From Mizuhopecten yessoensis (taxonomy: Eukaryota): DNA of 64,000 nucleotides. The translations under genes and the position numbers were made by a program. Below, piece by piece: positions 63,858 through 64,000 of this stretch; position 1 is the first letter of the stretch, and the number at the start of each line of letters is the position of its first letter. The stretch covers positions 1,575-65,574 of the forward strand of contig NW_018406268.1 of NCBI RefSeq assembly GCF_002113885.1, written 5' to 3'. The notes below the pieces were generated by a model. It searched no databases and was not told the DNA's origin. It worked only from the letters and a program-made list of their open reading frames with translations.

Positions 63858-64000
63858 GAGTAGTCAGATGGCGCAATGATAAGCACACCTTTTCCCGCAA
63901 GACGGCTGCGGTTCGACTCCCCGTTGGACTCGAAAAGGGAAGCTCCGGTTTCCTTCAACATTTAACCTCCCTGCACGCGTCCATCCAAGCTTAAAAAGTG
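63858..64000 (+). mobile_element. tRNA-derived SINE 5' part
   Basis: A box tggcgcaatga (63869-63879), B box ggttcgactcc (63910-63920), then a ctccggtttcct core; no intact cloverleaf. Confidence 0.7.

Noticed and set aside
63858-63930. tRNA gene
   Set aside because: A and B boxes are present but there is no acceptor or anticodon stem, and a SINE core follows

Overview
AT-rich eukaryotic DNA with GT-AG introns, tRNA-derived SINEs, MITEs, microsatellites and one N-gap. The repeat landscape suggests a mollusc, probably a bivalve; this is an inference. Bases 1 to ~56,985 are a tandem triplication of a ~17-22 kb cassette. Each unit carries three divergent minus-strand genes (here A, B, C) of one uncharacterised family built on a ~110-aa ParB/Sulfiredoxin-like domain (LRPSEIRFSQDSI...IGETLD.L..G...I..IP.I.VV....W.S.DNRRLWVF). 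Type A is a single domain with a short basic tail. Type B is the domain plus a large tandem-repeat tail that differs between copies: basic 28-aa S/T/R/H/D repeats in B1 and B3, a Gly/Tyr end in B3, and a spliced hyper-acidic D/E/Q/Y repeat in B2. Type C is a two-exon, 265-aa protein with two tandem domains; it is intact in all three units and sits behind a TATA box and a conserved ISRE (GAAAnnGAAACT). A2, B1 and an extra B fragment are pseudogenes. The best hypothesis is an IRF-inducible, birth-and-death-evolving invertebrate immune-effector cluster using a ParB/Srx nucleotide-processing fold. The last ~7 kb is repeat-rich with no supportable gene.
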